A stretch of 63,334 nt of DNA, counting the filler. It is 22 parts of 22 records of this genome, joined end to end, with 100 filler letters (N's around TTAATTAATTAA, not from the genome) between each part and the next. Parts side by side here need not be neighbours in the genome. Positions count along the whole stretch, not along the records: positions 60,133 to 63,334 come from SRR16133337_110151; 21 more parts are not named here. The stretch is one strand, 5' to 3'. Positions 61,198 to 63,334 of the stretch are shown one piece after another. Both the position numbers and the translations under genes were made by a program. The notes beneath the pieces were generated by a model. The model ran no database searches. It had not been told where the DNA came from and saw only the letters and a list, made by a program, of their open reading frames with translations. Numbering within the stretch: position 1 is the stretch's first letter; the number at the start of each line of letters is the position of its first letter.

Positions 61198-62370
61198 TTA
61201 TATTCTACATACTCCGTTACTTATTTTTACTTTGATAGGACTTAAACTAAAAGTATATGTTTCTTTATAGGCTTTTGCTATATCTGAAATAAATGCATCT
61301 ACCTCCTTTTCGTCAATTAAATTGAGAGTACATCCACCAAAACCACCTCCCATCATTCTCGCCCCTAAAACTCTAACGTCCCTTTTAGCATAGGCTGCTA
61401 AGAAATCTAATTCTGGACAACTTACGTCATATAAATTTTGAAGACCTTCATGTGAAGCATTGATCAATTCTCCAACGAGTTTAAAATTCTTTTGTTCCAA
61501 AGCCACTACAGTTGCCTCTACACGTTTTTGTTCTTGTGAAACAAACGTAGCTCTTTTAACGCCATCAACTCCCAATTCATCTTTAAGCACCTCAATCATT
61601 TCTTGTGTAGCTTCTACCAACGTTTTTACTTTTGGGTAGGTTGCTGAAATAATTTTTAAAGCAGATTCGCATTGGGATCTTCTTTCATTATAAGCACTAT
61701 CCGCTAAATTGTGAACTACATTTGTGTTTAGTAATAATAACGTATAGGGAGACATTGTTGCTGGAATTGTTTTGTAAATCAAATTGTCACAATTCAAGAA
61801 AATAAAATGATCTTCTTCTCCTTTTACGGTGATAAACGGATCCATAACCCCAACATTAGCTCCAGAAAAAATACGTTCTGCATTTTGACACAATTTGATA
61901 ATGGTAAGATCTTCAATGCCTAATGAAAATAATTCATTTATACCCTTTGCAAAACCACACAGCAAGGCTGCTGAGGAACTAATTCCTGAACCAATCGGTA
62001 ATTTACCCTCCAGTATACAATCAAAACCTCTTATTTTATGAGGTCTGATTTTAGAAATTTCAGAAAGAACACCTGATAAATAATTCAACCAACTTTGTCC
62101 TGATTTTTCAGGAACTGTCATATCAAATGCAAATCCTTCTCTAAAATTTTTACTCCATACATTAGAAATAGAAGTACTGTTATTCTTTTTAAAAGAAAAA
62201 TAAATACACTTATCAATCGCTGCAGGCAATACATATCCTCCATTGTAATCGATGTGTTCCCCTATTAAATTGATTCTTCCTGGTGCTTTAATCTGAAGTA
62301 CCTTAGCCATATCAGAAGCGAATGACTGATTAATTCTATCGTAATCAGACGATATTAATTGAATACTCAT
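61198..62370 (-). CDS. galK: Galactokinase
   Basis: APGRINLIGEHIDY, PIGSGISSSAA and GARMMGGGFGG. Confidence 0.97.
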   Translation of the reverse strand: MSIQLISSDYDRINQSFASDMAKVLQIKAPGRINLIGEHIDYNGGYVLPAAIDKCIYFSFKKNNSTSISNVWSKNFREGFAFDMTVPEKSGQSWLNYLSGVLSEISKIRPHKIRGFDCILEGKLPIGSGISSSAALLCGFAKGINELFSLGIEDLTIIKLCQNAERIFSGANVGVMDPFITVKGEEDHFIFLNCDNLIYKTIPATMSPYTLLLLNTNVVHNLADSAYNERRSQCESALKIISATYPKVKTLVEATQEMIEVLKDELGVDGVKRATFVSQEQKRVEATVVALEQKNFKLVGELINASHEGLQNLYDVSCPELDFLAAYAKRDVRVLGARMMGGGFGGCTLNLIDEKEVDAFISDIAKAYKETYTFSLSPIKVKISNGVCRI

Positions 62371-62398
62371 AATTTCGATATATTAAAATGCAAATATA

Positions 62399-62421
62399 AT
62401 AAATGTGTTTTGTACATTTAT
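62399..62421. promoter_or_regulatory. NrtR-type operator ATAAATGT-n7-ACATTTAT
   Basis: Perfect 8-bp arms with a GT-N7-AC core, adjacent to the galK -7 element (TATATTTG, minus strand 62398-62391). A second -7 element, TACTTTTG, lies at 62451-62458 on the plus strand. Confidence 0.75.
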
Positions 62422-62464
62422 AGAAAAGAGATTTTTTAACTAAAATATTTTACTTTTGAAAACT

Positions 62465-63160
62465 ATGAGTACGCAAAAGCTAGATTACTACGCATCAGAA
62501 GATAAAATATATGTAGCTACAGACTGTATCATTTTTGGATTTGACAGAGAATCCATAAAATTGTTGATTTTCAAAAGAAGGGTGGCTCCTTTTAAAGGAG
62601 AATGGTCTCTTATTGGTAGTTTTGTAAAAAAGGAGGAAAGCGTAGACCATGCTGCTAAAAGAGTTCTCGCAGAAATTACGGGGCTTAAAAATGTGTTTAT
62701 GAAACAATTAAATGTCTATGGTGCTGTAGATAGAGATCCTGGATCTCGATGTATTACCGTTGGCCAATACGCTTTGATTCGTATTGGAGATCAAGACAAA
62801 GAGTTGGTTGAAAAACATGGTACCGTTTGGTATGATTTAGAAAAAGTTCCCAATTTGGTTCTAGATCACAATACTCTTGTACAGGATGCTTTAGTTCAAT
62901 TGCGTTTAAAAATGAGGTGCCAACCTATTGGTTTTGAATTGCTTCCAAAAAAATTTACCATTCCAAATTTGCAAAAACTCTACGAGGCAATCTATCAAAA
63001 AAAATTCGATGATCGTAATTTCAGAAAAAAAATCATCGCATTAGATATCCTAACTAAATTAGAAGAAAAAGACAAAAAAGCGTCTAAAAAAGGAGCTTTC
63101 TTATACAAATTCAATCCAAAAAAATACAATAAATTATACGGGGAAACGGTGATACGGTGA
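62465..63160 (+). CDS. NrtR-family regulator (degenerate Nudix domain plus winged HTH)
   Basis: VATDCIIFGFD...W.LIGSFV...AAKRVLAEITG...RDP..R, and C-terminal FTIPNLQKLYEAI...DDRNFRKK. The ATG at 62465 is preferred. Confidence 0.92.
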   Translation: MSTQKLDYYASEDKIYVATDCIIFGFDRESIKLLIFKRRVAPFKGEWSLIGSFVKKEESVDHAAKRVLAEITGLKNVFMKQLNVYGAVDRDPGSRCITVGQYALIRIGDQDKELVEKHGTVWYDLEKVPNLVLDHNTLVQDALVQLRLKMRCQPIGFELLPKKFTIPNLQKLYEAIYQKKFDDRNFRKKIIALDILTKLEEKDKKASKKGAFLYKFNPKKYNKLYGETVIR

Positions 63161-63225
63161 TGCAGTGAAACGGTCTTTTTTTGTCATGTAGTCGGGGTGT
63201 CATGCAATCATGCAGTCTTTTTTTG
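63141..63225 (+). repeat. GGTGATAC / GTCATGCA 8-bp repeat element overlapping the regulator stop
   Basis: GGGAAACGGTGATACGGTGATGCAGTGAAACGGTCTTTTTTTGTCATG...GTCATGCAATCATGCAGTC. Confidence 0.75.
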
Positions 63226-63334
63226 TCTATCAAAAAATTAAAGACTCCCTTTAGGGCTGGGGGATTCCCTTAATTTTGTTTTGCGGTCTTGAAGACTATT
63301 CTTTACTGACTTTTGTGGTCAACCTATATCAGGG

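Overview
This window is not one locus. It is a pseudo-scaffold of 22 unrelated contigs (about 2-4.4 kb each) joined by 21 artificial 100-bp spacers (N44-TTAATTAATTAA-N44). At least four sources are mixed. (1) An AT-rich eukaryote with short introns supplies most contigs: a 10-11-intron hAT transposon, a Chapaev/Transib (RAG1-like) transposase, several MITEs, and exons of a MOXD1/DBH-like monooxygenase, a RING protein and a trypsin-like protease. (2) One much more AT-rich animal contig carries the last exons of selenophosphate synthetase with an arthropod-like C-terminus. (3) Five Flavobacteriaceae-like contigs carry pyrR-pyrB; a CzcA-TolC fusion; XRE/DUF1059/SRPBCC/ArsR; an SSS symporter with recR; and galT-galK with an NrtR-family regulator. 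(4) One GC-richer, strand-skewed contig has long ORFs only if TGA is read as sense. The strongest signals are bacterial: an ArsR-SRPBCC-DUF1059 unit bounded by complementary attC-like half-sites (an integron-type cassette in a Bacteroidota genome); an ERIC-like TATACTCCG element inserted into those sites and into genes; an 8-bp TGA-containing repeat that supplies the stop codons of three unrelated genes; and a Nudix-dead NrtR regulator with a GT-N7-AC operator in front of galKT. Most short ORFs in the supplied track are spurious or single exons.
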